This document shows positions 28,071 through 37,511 of a DNA stretch of 64,000 nt, piece after piece. Origin of the DNA: an uncultured Armatimonadia bacterium (GTDB lineage Bacteria; Armatimonadota; Zipacnadia; Zipacnadales; UBA11051); contig CAYMIN010000008.1 of the NCBI GenBank assembly GCA_964390495.1, positions 92,831-156,830 of the forward strand, read 5' to 3'. The notes beneath the pieces were generated by a model that had not been told where the DNA came from, made no database searches, and worked only from the letters and a program-made list of their open reading frames with translations. Every line of letters begins with the position of its first letter. The first letter of the stretch is position 1. Position numbers and translations under genes: made by a program.

Positions 28071-29966
28071 CTATTCCTCTGCCTCCTCATCATCCTCGCC
28101 CTTTTCATCCTCGCTCGGCAGCTCTTCGAGGCCCATGACATATTGCAGCTTCTGCCGGTCATACCCCTCGGCGATTCTCGCGGCGTTGAGGTACCACCGG
28201 TTCCCCTCCCCATATTCGAAGCAGTGGAAGAAGCTCAGGATCGAGGCCAGTTGCGCCCGCGTGGTGCGGCGAATGATATTGAGTTGCGCCCAGAGTTGGT
28301 TGAACGGCAGGCCCTTGTCATCGGCCAGTAGCAGCCTCATCACTTCTCTCAGGGGCGTGGGCCGATGGCTGAACCGATCGCGCCACGCGAACAGCTCATG
28401 CAGGGTGTCCTTACCGATATAGGTCTGGGCATCGGTCTCGTCGTCGTGGTGCAACAGATAGCGGCCGATGGCGTCGGCCTTGCTGATACTCAGCAGCGCC
28501 CCGGACGGCGGCAGATGGGTCTGATACCATGCTGACAGGCCGTATATCAGCCCGGTGTCCTTATTCAGCCACACATCCAGCAACTCATCGCCGTCGCAGT
28601 CGAGATTGACCATTGTCAGGGCGTCTTCAGCGGCGAAGAACTCACTGTCCATGGTGCGCAGCTTGATCGTGCCGGCGAGGTGGTGGTGGTACAGCACCGG
28701 GTAGGTCAGGGTTTCGGCCTTAGCGGCCACTGGTGCCACGTACAGCTCCCCGACGTCATCGTAGTACGGATCGGCGGCTGCCTCCAGCGCCTCCGCTGCC
28801 AGGCCCTCCGGATGCAGGATAACGTCCTCCGAGGTGAGTTCCCCCTCCTTGTTGACGGCTACGGTCCATTCCTCGGTCAGCAGCGCTCGCGGCACCGTCC
28901 TGGCCCACGGCGGTATTGCCGCAGCTCGCAGGTAGCGCCCCGGCTGTAGCTTCCTGACTCCCTCCACCCCCATCAGCAGCTCTGCCACTGCTTGCGCCGC
29001 CGGTGCGTATTTGCGCTGGTTGGGCGTCAAGCCCAGCACGTCCGCCAGCATCTGCTCGATGGTGAAGGGGGCCTTCGCGTGCTCGACCAGTCCTACAATG
29101 CCCGCCCGCTCTTGGTCCGAAAGCTCATAGCGCTTATCAGCGGCTATATCTTTGGCCAGGATCTGCTCCATATCAACTTCGTACTCCTGCGCCTCGGCCT
29201 TGGGCGCCTGCTTGCGCAGTGATTTCTCCAGGTCCCCGACCCATTCCGCAACTACCCAGCCCGGACCGGACACGCACACAAAGCGTTGCTTTTCATCATA
29301 TACCATCTGCCGCAGCAGCTCAGTCGCATCGTATTTCTCGCCCTGATGGCATCCGACCAAGAACCCCAGCGCCTTATTGGCTAGCGAGCGGTCTGCGGCC
29401 TGCAGCACATTGTAGGCGGTTTCCGTAAGACTCCGCGAGCCCAGCTTCTCATTGGTGCAGGTCTCCATGACCTCGGCCAGCTCGGCGTCCTCGGTTAAGC
29501 CGTTGAGGTATAGTACCCGCGCGGTATCGGTGCCGGGCATCGGCGTGAACACCCACTCGGGCAGGTAGATCAGTCCCTCCTCGAGCTCGGCTAGTTGTCC
29601 TCGTTGCAGCAGGCTTGCCACCAGGTCCCGGAAGAAGGCTCCGGTGCCTTTTTTGGTCCGCACCACTTCACTGGTCAGCAGCGCCTTGGCTATGGGTCTG
29701 CCGTAGCCGCTCAGCACGGCCTCGAATGCCCCGCCTACGGGTATTTCCGTCAGTGTTTGCCGGTAGGCGATATCGTAGGAGCCACCGATGGCTACGAAGC
29801 GTCCGTCCTCCGCGAGCACGGCTTCGACGAATTCGGCGGCGATATCGAGCTTTTCTGGCAGCAACGCGACCAGTTCTCTGCTCCTGGTCGGTCCGGGGCG
29901 GTAGATTAGTATATCGAACAGCAAGTCGGCTAGATAGCGCCTGGCCAGCTCTTTCTCTCTCAGCAT
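28071..29966 (-). CDS. hypothetical 631-aa protein with an acidic C-terminal tail (EDEKGEDDEEAEE); no recognisable domain
   Basis: Long ORF with a GGAGG RBS about 11 nt upstream of the ATG. Bracketed by repeat modules: D+A on the 3' side, A-like at 30735 on the far 5' side. Confidence 0.4.
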   Translation of the reverse strand: MLREKELARRYLADLLFDILIYRPGPTRSRELVALLPEKLDIAAEFVEAVLAEDGRFVAIGGSYDIAYRQTLTEIPVGGAFEAVLSGYGRPIAKALLTSEVVRTKKGTGAFFRDLVASLLQRGQLAELEEGLIYLPEWVFTPMPGTDTARVLYLNGLTEDAELAEVMETCTNEKLGSRSLTETAYNVLQAADRSLANKALGFLVGCHQGEKYDATELLRQMVYDEKQRFVCVSGPGWVVAEWVGDLEKSLRKQAPKAEAQEYEVDMEQILAKDIAADKRYELSDQERAGIVGLVEHAKAPFTIEQMLADVLGLTPNQRKYAPAAQAVAELLMGVEGVRKLQPGRYLRAAAIPPWARTVPRALLTEEWTVAVNKEGELTSEDVILHPEGLAAEALEAAADPYYDDVGELYVAPVAAKAETLTYPVLYHHHLAGTIKLRTMDSEFFAAEDALTMVNLDCDGDELLDVWLNKDTGLIYGLSAWYQTHLPPSGALLSISKADAIGRYLLHHDDETDAQTYIGKDTLHELFAWRDRFSHRPTPLREVMRLLLADDKGLPFNQLWAQLNIIRRTTRAQLASILSFFHCFEYGEGNRWYLNAARIAEGYDRQKLQYVMGLEELPSEDEKGEDDEEAEE

Positions 29967-30115
29967 ACGCCGAACTACCTCCGATGTGTTTGGGATACTT
30001 CTGGGCTAACTGCTGGTGGCTTGGTTAGTGGGAGGACTGATGTATTGTACCACAGAATTGACAATGGGGGCAAAGAGTGGTATGCGCGGGGCTTGGCAGT
30101 GGCTTCGTCTTAGGT

Positions 30116-30160
30116 GTTGCTGTTGGCGTTACTATAGTTGTTCCCGTTGTCGTTGTCTTG
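30116..30160. repeat. degenerate hexanucleotide tract (GTTGNN)x7: gttgct gttggc gttact..gttgtt ccc gttgtc gttgtc ttg
   Basis: Read directly from the sequence; it lies in non-coding DNA. Confidence 0.5.
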
Positions 30161-30337
30161 AGGAGGGGCCGGCTGAACGCAGTGAAACCGCCCCGCGTGC
30201 CGCTGCCGTTCACCGCCTCCCGTTTCGGAGGGTACCCACTGTGGAACAATGGGTGAGCAAGGGCGTAGGCGCCATCGGCTTCCGGAAGGTCCCGGTCTTG
30301 GCGATCGCTGGCGTGGGGTATGGTTGTGTCAGCCGCC

Positions 30338-30387
30338 ATAAAGTAGCACCCGCCGGGCTGTGGGAGAAGCCCGGCGGGCTCTACTTC
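30338..30387. other. very stable hairpin (aagtagCACCCGCCGGGC-tgtgggagaa-GCCCGGCGGGctctactt; ~17-bp stem with one bulge)
   Basis: Read directly from the sequence. On the minus strand it is followed by UUUAUGG, so it is a candidate terminator or processing structure for a minus-strand transcript. Confidence 0.5.
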
Positions 30388-30556
30388 GTCCGCCCTGCCT
30401 GCGTAGTCAGTTGCAATGTCGGGCGGCGCGTATCTGCTCTTAGCCTGGGCGCAAGTCAGGGGGGCGACTTATCGAACTAAGAGCAGACTAGGGTGGGATG
30501 CTGCGAGTAAAGCTATGTTTAGGCTGCTGCACCTGTTCCTGTACAACCCTTCACCT

Positions 30557-30586
30557 AGTATAAGCAACATCCTTAACCTATGTCAA
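30557..30586 (-). promoter_or_regulatory. sigma70-like promoter on the minus strand: TTGACA - 18 nt - TATACT inside an ~80-bp AT-rich island
   Basis: Reverse complement of 30557-30586 reads TTGACAtaggttaaggatgttgctTATACT. It would drive transcription towards the hairpin at 30387-30338 and the hypothetical gene that starts at 29966. Confidence 0.4.
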
Positions 30587-30734
30587 GACCTATTTTGATT
30601 CTTTTTCCGAAAGACCTAGTCACCCGTCCTCAACTGCGGGGCTTCCGGCGGCTGGTTGCGTCTATTGTTCGGTCTTGCCACGGGTTGACCAGCCGCAAGA
30701 CATGCGCGTAACTCTTCCAGCCTGAGTCCCTGGC

Positions 30735-30792
30735 CGCTGCCCTTCTCCCCCGACCGTCTCGGGAGAGGGCGGAGGGCTAGGTGCCGTTAGCT
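30735..30792. repeat. module A variant (ccCTTCTCCCccgaccgtctcGGGAGAGGGcggagggctaggtgccgttagc)
   Basis: Shares the CTCTCCC..GGAGAGGG palindrome and the ctaggg..gccgtt tail with the copies at 9097, 18361, 28005 and 37521. Confidence 0.6.
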
Positions 30793-30831
30793 TGCTCATT
30801 TCCTATGCCGGCGGTAGCCTCCCGAAGGTTT

Positions 30832-30843
30832 TTCTGCTATAAT
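30832..30843 (+). promoter_or_regulatory. extended -10 element TGcTATAAT, about 130 bp upstream of the ABC transporter operon
   Basis: Sequence ttctgctataatgcg on the plus strand; the -35 region is weak. Confidence 0.35.
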
Positions 30844-30973
30844 GCGTGGCCGGGAACTACTGGGCCGGACTTGTGCGTTTGGCTTAGTGGCAGGGATGTT
30901 AGTGCTGGCGTGGCAATTGTGAGGCGGCCGGGGGCAGCTTACTCGCGCCGCCGGGAGGTGTTTCACCATAGGC

Positions 30974-31891
30974 TTGGCTATCCGGACCGACAACCTTTCC
31001 AAGATCTACTCCCACGATGCGACCGGGCGGCCGGTGGGGCTGATTGATCTGTCACTCGCAGTTGAGGAGGGACAGATTTTTGGTTTGTTGGGCCCTAACG
31101 GCTCCGGCAAGACCACTACCCTCAAGCTGCTGCTCGGGCTGATCTTTTCCACCAGCGGCAGCGGACAGATCTTCGGACATCCCCTAGGCAGCAACGCCAC
31201 CAAGGAGCGCATCGGCTTTCTCCCCGAGGGGCCGTATTTCTACGAACACCTCAACGGCATGGAGCTGCTCAGCTTCTACGGCACGCTCTTCGGCATGGGC
31301 GGCAGCCGACTGGCCGGCCGCGTCGAGGAGCTCCTGCATCTGGTGGGGATGTGGGACCGCCGCTTCATCCGCGTGCGCGACTATTCCCGGGGCATGCGCC
31401 AGCGTGTGGGTGCGGCTCAGGCCATGATCAACGATCCCGACCTGCTCTTCCTCGACGAGCTCACCTCCGGACTTGATCCCATCGGCGCTATGGAGATGCA
31501 CGAGCTGATACTGCGATTGCGCGACCAGGGCAAGACCATCTTCCTCTGCAGCCATCTGCTCAAGGACATGGAGCCGCTCTGCGACCGGGTGGTGATTCTT
31601 GATCGCGGCGAGATGTGCCAAAGCGGCGTTGTCGAGGACCTCTTGCGGGTCGAGAATCAGTACCGACTGTTGCTATCCAATTGCTCCGACGAGCTGACAC
31701 AGCAGTTGCAGGCCTCAGCCCAGCGCACCGAGGCTGTGGACGACCAGTTGGCGGCCTACTACACCGACCAGAGCGCCGCCTTGGCCGCGGCCCAGCAGGC
31801 CGCCGCCGCTGGTGCCGTTATCGAGGCGCTCGGCGCTCATCACCGTACCCTCGAAGAAGTCTTCATTGAAGCTGTGGGAGGCGAGAAATGA
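30974..31891 (+). CDS. ABC transporter ATP-binding protein (ABC-2 exporter type)
   Basis: Walker A GPNGSGKTT, signature LSGGMRQR-like (YSRGMRQR), Walker B LLFLDE. TTG start with a GGGAGGTG RBS. Confidence 0.8.
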   Translation: MAIRTDNLSKIYSHDATGRPVGLIDLSLAVEEGQIFGLLGPNGSGKTTTLKLLLGLIFSTSGSGQIFGHPLGSNATKERIGFLPEGPYFYEHLNGMELLSFYGTLFGMGGSRLAGRVEELLHLVGMWDRRFIRVRDYSRGMRQRVGAAQAMINDPDLLFLDELTSGLDPIGAMEMHELILRLRDQGKTIFLCSHLLKDMEPLCDRVVILDRGEMCQSGVVEDLLRVENQYRLLLSNCSDELTQQLQASAQRTEAVDDQLAAYYTDQSAALAAAQQAAAAGAVIEALGAHHRTLEEVFIEAVGGEK

Positions 31892-32703
31892 TGCGTCCCA
31901 TTTTCCGAGTCGCAAGAGCCACCTTCCACGAGGCCTGGCGCCGCCGATTCCTCAACGGCATCCTCATCTTTGCCATTCTCATCATCGGCTCCTCGTGGGT
32001 CTTTGCCTATTTGCAGCCCGGCGCCGAGCTGCAGATGATTATTGACATCGGCCTCGGCTCGATTCGCTTCTTCGGGATGCTGATTGCCGTCTTCCTCGGC
32101 ACTCGGCTGATCCCCGATGAGATCGAGCGCCGCACCGTCCACACCATCCTAGCTAAACCCGTCAGCCGCGCCCAGTTCGTCTTCGGCAAGTTCCTCGGCG
32201 GCGTTGCCACCATCGCCGTCAACCTGGTGGTCATGGGCATCGCTTTCTACATCGTCTTCGCGATCAAGGCCCCGCAGTTCGCCGCTGCGAAGCCCGAAGA
32301 CGCCCTCATCTTCGCGGCCATGTACTCCAACATCGCCAAGGCGATTGTCCTAGCCTTCTTCGAGGTCTGGCTGGTACTGGGCATTGCGGTGGTTGCTTCC
32401 ACGCTCTTCTCGTGGGTGCTGTCGGTCATCGTTACCTTTGTTATCTACTTCGTCGGGCAGATGGCTGACTTCTTCCAGCAGCTTTCCGATCCCGAGCGCG
32501 GCGCCTCCAAGCTCGCCCAGATCCTCCTCGGCACCCTCTACCGGGTCCTGCCGCACTTTGAGATATTCGACATTCGCGAGGCCATCCTGCAGGGCACTTA
32601 CACCCCTTGGAGCACGCTGCTGCAAATCATCGGCCAGGGCCTTGCCTACCTGGTCGTGATCCTGCTGATCGGTTATCTCGTATTTAACGAGCGCGAGGTC
32701 TAG
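31888..32703 (+). CDS. ABC-2 family transporter permease
   Basis: Six predicted TM segments. ATGA overlap with the ATPase gene. Confidence 0.65.
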   Translation: MMRPIFRVARATFHEAWRRRFLNGILIFAILIIGSSWVFAYLQPGAELQMIIDIGLGSIRFFGMLIAVFLGTRLIPDEIERRTVHTILAKPVSRAQFVFGKFLGGVATIAVNLVVMGIAFYIVFAIKAPQFAAAKPEDALIFAAMYSNIAKAIVLAFFEVWLVLGIAVVASTLFSWVLSVIVTFVIYFVGQMADFFQQLSDPERGASKLAQILLGTLYRVLPHFEIFDIREAILQGTYTPWSTLLQIIGQGLAYLVVILLIGYLVFNEREV

Positions 32704-32739
32704 AGATGGAGCGCGAGGTCTGAAGGAGAGCTACTCGGC

Positions 32740-33789
32740 ATGAAGTCTTACAAGATCATCGGCTGGCTCGCAGTGCTGGCTCTGTTAGTTGCCGTTCAGC
32801 CCCTGGACCGCAGTGTCGAGTACGACCGCCTGGTGCTGGGTCTCCAGCAGCCGACGCCGTGGTTCCAGATCGCCGCCCGCGGCAGCGCCGGTGATACCGA
32901 GTTGGCCGTCACCGGCGTCACCGGCGTGATCGTCGGTGCGGCGCTGGGCGGCTTCCGCGAGGTTGCCGCCACCATGCTCTGGATGAAAACTCATGAGTAC
33001 TGGCACAAGGGCGAGGCTTTGCAGGCCAAGGCGCTGTGGCTGATGCGTCTGGTGACGCTGCTTGATCCCCACTGGTTGGAGCCTTGGCGCGTGACCGCCT
33101 GGCACCTGGCCTACAACCTCTACGTCGAGACCGACGATCCCGCCCTGCGCGCCAAGTACTTGCAGATGGGGGTGGACTGCCTCAAGGAAGGCGTGTCGTG
33201 GAACCCCGACCGCTACGACCTCTATCTCGAGCTGGGCTGGACCTATTTCGACAAGGTCGAGGACTTCGAGGAGGCCAACAAGTGGTTCAAGGCGGCGATG
33301 TTGTATCCGCATCCCGAGTATGTGGACCGCCTGGTCGGTCACGCTTACGAGCGCATGCCGGATATACCCCGGTCGCTTGACGCCTACGATTATTGTCTCA
33401 AGCGCGATCCTCAGGACCACACCGCCAAGGGGGCGACGCTGACCATTCGCGAGCGCTATCTAATCCCGTGGTATCTGGCCGAGCAGGGCAAGTATGACGA
33501 GGCCTTGGCGGCGATTAACGAGTATTTGCTGGCCAAGCCCAACAGCAGTCTGGGCCTGCATGTGAAGGGAGCCATTGCCGAGCAGGCGGGCAAGTTGCGA
33601 CTGGCCTATGACACCTGGAAGCTGGCCGGGGACATTTCGCAACTCGATTTCCTGGCCCAGTCGAAGGCGGTGCAGCTTGCCCACGAGCTGGGCATCGAGA
33701 CCGAGGACACGGCGCAGTATTTGTACATGCAGAAGGTCGGCAAGGATTTGAAAGTAAGCATGCCCGGCCGCGACACGATGGCGCGCTAG
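32740..33789 (+). CDS. membrane-anchored TPR-like repeat protein, third gene of the ABC-2 operon
   Basis: Two N-terminal hydrophobic segments, then helical repeat region (W/Y-rich TPR-like). Confidence 0.45.
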   Translation: MKSYKIIGWLAVLALLVAVQPLDRSVEYDRLVLGLQQPTPWFQIAARGSAGDTELAVTGVTGVIVGAALGGFREVAATMLWMKTHEYWHKGEALQAKALWLMRLVTLLDPHWLEPWRVTAWHLAYNLYVETDDPALRAKYLQMGVDCLKEGVSWNPDRYDLYLELGWTYFDKVEDFEEANKWFKAAMLYPHPEYVDRLVGHAYERMPDIPRSLDAYDYCLKRDPQDHTAKGATLTIRERYLIPWYLAEQGKYDEALAAINEYLLAKPNSSLGLHVKGAIAEQAGKLRLAYDTWKLAGDISQLDFLAQSKAVQLAHELGIETEDTAQYLYMQKVGKDLKVSMPGRDTMAR

Positions 33790-33899
33790 GCGGCGAGATT
33801 ATCTCCAGAGACGGAAGCCGCCAGGCATTGCCCGGCAGGTCTCGACTTGTGGTTGAACGACCTGAACACAGCTTGCGGCCATTCCACCTGAATAATGCT

Positions 33900-34982
33900 C
33901 TACTTTTTCTCCTCCCATGTTACCAGGAGGAGATCAGGAGACAAGCCGGCTTTCTCCAGCAGCCACCGCGCATAACGCACGCAGTCCCGACTGCTGTAAT
34001 TCGTCTCAATGTAAAGCCCGTCATTGAGAGCTTTCGGTGCTAAAGCAACTCTTTCCCGGCTGGCGCTCACAAGCACAAGTTGCCTGGCCGGCTTCTCGTC
34101 AATTGGCAGCGTCTTCCCCTGCTGAATCAACCAGTTGGCTGTCCCTACCAATACGTCCTTCCATTTCGACACTTCAATCGCGTCCCCCGCAATGCTTAGC
34201 GACGTTACCTTTGCCCCCGAGGGCGGTAGTTCATCACCACGCCCTTTTCTCCTAGCACTCTTGAGCTCAGCCGGCAGGAACTGCCCAGCATTCGTAGAGC
34301 CTGCGGCCCCGCCTGTTGACACAACCTGCTGGAGAGCACTTCTGACTATTTCCGGCGGCGCCAGTGTTCCCAAATCCGCCTGCGCCTCGGTTTGGAACAC
34401 CTCGACAATGAACTCCGAAGGCGAGGCCAGCAGCTTCTCGATTATCCCCGGCAGTTCCGTCCTAATGCGCTTCTCTTCTCTGGACTCGTCATATTGTTTC
34501 TTCGCTCTCTCTTTTGCGCTGCCGGTACGCACTGCTTCCTTCGCCAGGAACTCTGTGAAGACACTGCAAACGCGGTCAGTATCCTGCGTGGTAATGTCAA
34601 TCATGGCAAACCTTCTTGCGCTCCACTCACCTTCTTCAAGAGGCAGATAAAACCACCATTCTTTACCGTTTGTAAGGACCGATAGGGGAATGCCTTGAGC
34701 GAATGAGTACCGAAGCAACTGCTCCTCGTGCGATGAGAGATTCTGGTCGGGGGCCTTCTCTTCCAGAAACAGGCGAGGCTCTCCCTTATCACATAGCGCC
34801 CAATCTACACGACCCGGACCGGCCGAGTACTCCGGTGACATCTGGTCGGGGTCTCGAGTAGCCCAGCCCAGAGCCTCCAAGATTGGCAATACCACCGTGT
34901 GCTCCAAGGCACGCTCATTTGGCACCTTGGCCTCTGTCAGTAGCGCTTTTGCCGCCCCCACTGTATCTTGTAGCTTGCCCAT
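33900..34982 (-). CDS. PD-(D/E)xK nuclease-fold protein (type I restriction HsdR N-terminal-like domain) with a C-terminal domain of unknown function
   Basis: Motifs VLPILEALGW, GRVDWAL and LFLEEKA (D...ExK). Start chosen at MGKLQD, which is preceded by GGAGGAA; the ORF itself opens at 35141 inside recD2. Confidence 0.5.
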   Translation of the reverse strand: MGKLQDTVGAAKALLTEAKVPNERALEHTVVLPILEALGWATRDPDQMSPEYSAGPGRVDWALCDKGEPRLFLEEKAPDQNLSSHEEQLLRYSFAQGIPLSVLTNGKEWWFYLPLEEGEWSARRFAMIDITTQDTDRVCSVFTEFLAKEAVRTGSAKERAKKQYDESREEKRIRTELPGIIEKLLASPSEFIVEVFQTEAQADLGTLAPPEIVRSALQQVVSTGGAAGSTNAGQFLPAELKSARRKGRGDELPPSGAKVTSLSIAGDAIEVSKWKDVLVGTANWLIQQGKTLPIDEKPARQLVLVSASRERVALAPKALNDGLYIETNYSSRDCVRYARWLLEKAGLSPDLLLVTWEEKK

Positions 34983-35056
34983 CGCGTTCCTCCGAGGCTT
35001 GGCATCACATACCATACTAATTGTATCCGCAACGAGCGACTCAGTCAATTCTGTTG

Positions 35057-37279
35057 CTATCCGCCCGGCAATTCCCCTCGCAGCCGCTCTTGCAGCCGGG
35101 TGTAGCGCCGCATTTCGTCGGCGCGCTTCACCGCCGTCCACAGGCCCTTCCTGTCGCCGATTACTACCGCCATCTTCTCCGCTCGCGTCAGGGCGGTGTA
35201 GAGCAGGTTCCGCCGCAGCATGATGTAGTGGGTGCTGTGGAACACCATCACCACCGCCGGGTACTCGCTGCCCTGGGATTTGTGCACCGTCAGCGCGTAG
35301 GCAAGCTGCAGTTGGTCGGCCTCGTTGAAGTCATACACTACGCGCCCCTGATCGAACTCCACGACGAAGCAGCGGGCCTCGGCGTCAATCTCGACCAGCC
35401 GCCCGATGTCTCCGTTATAGACCTCTTTGTCGTAGTTGTTGACGTTTTGCAGCAGCCGGTCGCCTTCGCGGAAGGTCTGCTCGCCGCGCAGCAGTTCCAG
35501 TCGCCCCGGCGCGGCCGGGTTGAGCTTCTCCTGCAGCGCGCGGTTGAGCTCCGTCACTCCGGCCGGCCCTCGGTGCATCGGCGTGATGACCTGGATATCA
35601 TCGGGGGCGAAATCGAGCCGCGGCAGGCCGGAGGTCACTACCCGCAGCACCGCCTCCGCCACCTGGTCGGGCCGCTGGCGTTCCATCAGTACGGTGTCCT
35701 CGCCTTCCCAGTCGCGCCCCGGGGTGAACTCGGGGAATTCGCCTTCTCTGATGCGGTGGGCGTTATAGATGATGTCTCCGCCTTCGCGCTGGCGGAAGAC
35801 CTTGTGCAGCCGGGCGACGGGGAAGATACCGGAGGCGACTATATCTTTGAAGAACGATCCCGGGCCGACGCTGGGCAACTGGTCGGCGTCGCCGATGAAT
35901 ACGATTTTGGTGCCGGGCTTGATGGCGGCAGTCAGCTCGTTGGCTAGCAGCACGTCCACCATGCTGGATTCGTCAACGATCAGCAGGTCTATCTGCAGCG
36001 GCTCCTCGGCATTGTGAGAGAAGGCGTGGGTGCGCGGATCGTAGGCCAGCAGCCGGTGGATGGTACTGGCCGGTTTGCCGGCGAGTTGCGACAGTCGCTT
36101 GGCCGCTCGACCGGTTGGCGAGCACAAGGCCACCGGCCAGCCTAGGGCATCACAAGCCTCGCACAGCGCCCGTGTCACCGTGGTCTTGCCGGTTCCGGGG
36201 CCGCCGGTAATGACCGAGACCGGTCCGCCCAGGGCCATGCGCACCGCTCCGATCTGCTCTCCCGACAGCTCGGTAGCGCCCATGGCCGTTCGTTGCCCCA
36301 GCCATCGCTCCAGGTACTCGCGTTTCGGGGCCGGTTCGCTCTCCGCCGCGTTCAGTCGCAGCAGCCGCTCCGCCAGGCTTCTTTCCGCTTTCAGCATCGC
36401 CGGCAGATAGTAGGCCGGGGTGCCGTCATAGTCTTCCAGCTCCAGCTCACCTTGGGTCATGGCCCGGTCGAGCTGGACCTCGACCAGCTCCTCATCTACT
36501 TGCAGCAGGCGCTGGGCGGCGCCCAGCAGATTCTCGCGCGGCAGGTAGAAATGGCCGTGATTGCCGGCCATCATCAGCACGTGCTTGAGGCCGGCGCTGA
36601 GGCGGGCCGGGTCCTGCGGCTCGATGCCGGCGATGCGCGCGATCTTGTCGGCAGTGTGAAAGCCGATGCCGGAGATCTCGTCGGCCAGTCGGTAGGGCTC
36701 CTGCTCGATGATGGTCATTGATTGGGATTCGAAGCGCTCGTAGATCCGCGCCGCCAACGCCGGTCCCAGGCCGTGCTGCTGCAAAAACACCATCACCCGG
36801 TGCGCGTGTTCGCTGGCCTTCCAGGCCTCGCGCAGGGCCGCCGCCCGCTTGCGCCCGATGCCTTCGACCTCAGTCAGCCGCTCGGGGTGCTTGTCGAGGA
36901 TGTCCAGCGTATCTGTCCCGAACTTGTCAACCAGCCGCTGGGCCATCTTTGGGCCGATGCCCTCGAACAGGCCCGAGCCCAGGTACGCCACGATCGCCTG
37001 CTTGGTGACCGGACGCACCATCTCATAGTGTTCGAACTGAAACTGCCGCCCGTATTTGCGGTCATCCACCCAGCAGCCGTGCAGCCGCAGGTTCTCGCCG
37101 ATCGCCAGCCCCAGTGTGCTGCCCACGGCGGTGACCTGTCCAGCTTGGGTCTGCAGGCCGACGACAGTGTAGCCGTTGGCCGCGTTGTGATAGACGATTC
37201 TGGCGGCGGTGCCTTCCAGGACCTGCCGCTCGCCTTTCACTTGTTGATTTCGCGTATTTTCTTCATCGAATAGGCGCAT
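35057..37279 (-). CDS. recD2: RecD2-type SF1B DNA helicase
   Basis: N-terminal HhH (GIGPKMAQRLV), Walker A GGPGTGKTT, Walker B LLIVDESSM, and a C-terminal SH3-like/2B region. Length 740 aa. Confidence 0.8.
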   Translation of the reverse strand: MRLFDEENTRNQQVKGERQVLEGTAARIVYHNAANGYTVVGLQTQAGQVTAVGSTLGLAIGENLRLHGCWVDDRKYGRQFQFEHYEMVRPVTKQAIVAYLGSGLFEGIGPKMAQRLVDKFGTDTLDILDKHPERLTEVEGIGRKRAAALREAWKASEHAHRVMVFLQQHGLGPALAARIYERFESQSMTIIEQEPYRLADEISGIGFHTADKIARIAGIEPQDPARLSAGLKHVLMMAGNHGHFYLPRENLLGAAQRLLQVDEELVEVQLDRAMTQGELELEDYDGTPAYYLPAMLKAERSLAERLLRLNAAESEPAPKREYLERWLGQRTAMGATELSGEQIGAVRMALGGPVSVITGGPGTGKTTVTRALCEACDALGWPVALCSPTGRAAKRLSQLAGKPASTIHRLLAYDPRTHAFSHNAEEPLQIDLLIVDESSMVDVLLANELTAAIKPGTKIVFIGDADQLPSVGPGSFFKDIVASGIFPVARLHKVFRQREGGDIIYNAHRIREGEFPEFTPGRDWEGEDTVLMERQRPDQVAEAVLRVVTSGLPRLDFAPDDIQVITPMHRGPAGVTELNRALQEKLNPAAPGRLELLRGEQTFREGDRLLQNVNNYDKEVYNGDIGRLVEIDAEARCFVVEFDQGRVVYDFNEADQLQLAYALTVHKSQGSEYPAVVMVFHSTHYIMLRRNLLYTALTRAEKMAVVIGDRKGLWTAVKRADEMRRYTRLQERLRGELPGG

Positions 37280-37511
37280 GGTCTCGTATCGGCTTTGCCA
37301 ATGGAGTTTTCCACAATTCTATCACAGTGTGGGGGCGAATTTGTGGGCAATTCCGCTTTTGGTGGGGATAAACCTAGCACGACCAGCCCAATAGAACGCC
37401 TTCAGCGCCGGTATTTCAGGCCTTTCATGCGTTTCCGACTTATCCACACTAGGCCGCACAAGTTTTCCACAATTCACCCGACTTATCCACAACCTCTGCT
37501 CACAACACCCA

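Noticed and set aside
30016-30480. 154-aa plus-strand ORF (and the 104-aa minus ORF) inside the 1-kb spacer
   Set aside because: The N-terminal half is Trp/Cys/Arg-rich nonsense (RLRCCCWRYYSCSRCRC). It spans the GTTGNN repeat and has no RBS. It is more likely non-coding, although a short peptide encoded near 30250-30480 cannot be fully excluded.
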